The notes beneath the pieces are model-generated. The model was given only the letters and a program-made list of their open reading frames with translations. It was not told the DNA's origin and made no database searches. A DNA stretch of 64,000 nucleotides from Bacteroidales bacterium (GTDB lineage Bacteria > Bacteroidota > Bacteroidia > Bacteroidales > UBA3663). The position numbers and the translations under genes were made by a program. The first letter of the stretch is position 1; each line of letters starts with the position of its first letter. Positions 63,661-64,000 of this stretch are shown here, in pieces. Where the stretch lies: NCBI GenBank assembly GCA_017548545.1, contig JAFYZW010000010.1, positions 13,168 through 77,167 of the forward strand. Reading direction: 5' to 3'.

Positions 63661-63769
63661 TAATAAAAAAAGGAAAAAACAAAGAGAATCCTTGCTTTTT
63701 CCGAAAAAATAATAATGATTTGCCCTGAAAACCATGATTGAAGTCTAGGTTTTACAGGGCAAACAATAT

Positions 63770-64000
63770 TTATGCACAGAATCCGATGCCACGTGTCTTC
63801 TTGTCGTAGCCTTCCTCGCGGCAGATTCGGTTGAGCGAATCGAAGCTGATATCGTGACCATAGAGGGCGTATTCGACGCGCTGGCGACGTACTACATTCT
63901 CAATCTGGCCACCGCTGAAGTCATATTGGGAGGCGAGGGCTAGAGCGGTCTTCTCGTCGATTTCGGGCAACATCGACCGCCATATTTTCGCCTTGGTCTC
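63770..64000 (-). CDS. AAA-type ATP-binding protein, C-terminal part (gene runs off the right edge)
   Basis: The frame stays open to the window edge (...ETKAKIWRSMLPEIDEKTALALASQYDFSGGQIENVVRR...). FSGGQIENV is the C-terminal lid motif of a Bacteroidota AAA ATPase family. Confidence 0.55.
   Translation of the reverse strand, partial: ETKAKIWRSMLPEIDEKTALALASQYDFSGGQIENVVRRQRVEYALYGHDISFDSLNRICREEGYDKKTRGIGFCA

Noticed and set aside
1-64000. tRNA, rRNA, tmRNA, RNase P, riboswitch leaders, transposases, toxin-antitoxin pairs and known defence systems
   Set aside because: I scanned the intergenic regions, which are mostly under 200 bp. The larger ones are 12788-13202, 20035-20402, 22468-23228 and 32525-32946. 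I scanned the ORF translations as well. No cloverleaf-like or conserved RNA motifs were recognised, and no nuclease, methylase or RT signatures. Absence cannot be proven without covariance-model and HMM searches.

Overview
64-kb chromosomal segment of a Bacteroidota genome, probably Prevotellaceae-like. Supporting signs: TAnnTTTG -7 promoter boxes before most genes, a SusC/SusD pair, T9SS PorQ, a DUF6377 regulator, and many lipoprotein signal peptides. All calls come from reading the ORF translations and DNA by eye; no HMM or BLAST search was possible. I support about 45 protein genes. I saw no rRNA, tRNA, CRISPR array, transposase or prophage. Layout: (1) 1-19.4 kb is mostly housekeeping: tonB (partial), porQ-cmk-ispH, pfkA, a beta-helix protein, a large OM beta-barrel, DUF3737-patB-MATE, two M16 peptidases, tatA, rnhB. 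(2) 19.4-32.6 kb is an accessory block of secreted proteins of unknown function that looks more AT-rich by eye. It holds a His/Gly/Arg-rich protein, a 41-bp x ~10 tandem array, three tandem LruC-like lipoprotein cassettes each with its own promoter and terminator, and a 1179-aa lectin with five ricin-type and two LCCL-like domains. (3) 32.9-44.2 kb is a SusC/SusD operon without any CAZyme. It encodes a DcuC-type carrier, isoaspartyl dipeptidase, an alpha/beta-hydrolase-M14 carboxypeptidase fusion and a DUF6377 regulator. I consider this candidate beta-aspartyl/isopeptide utilisation locus the best lead for an undescribed system. (4) 44.2-64 kb holds lolE-like/rbfA/OMT/aroQ/xerD, a TPR lipoprotein, an AddA-like helicase-nuclease, an FGE-like lipoprotein, an inositol-lipid gene trio (PAP2, PgpA, CDP-alcohol transferase), and a GH3-GH30-GH3-SemiSWEET cluster. 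Another notable feature is a 9-nt microsatellite (GGTTCGARR) with no stop codon in any of six frames, inserted in-frame in aroQ and in the FtsX-like permease, with a degenerate copy in an intergenic spacer. There is also a candidate ~175-nt sRNA with its own promoter and terminator.
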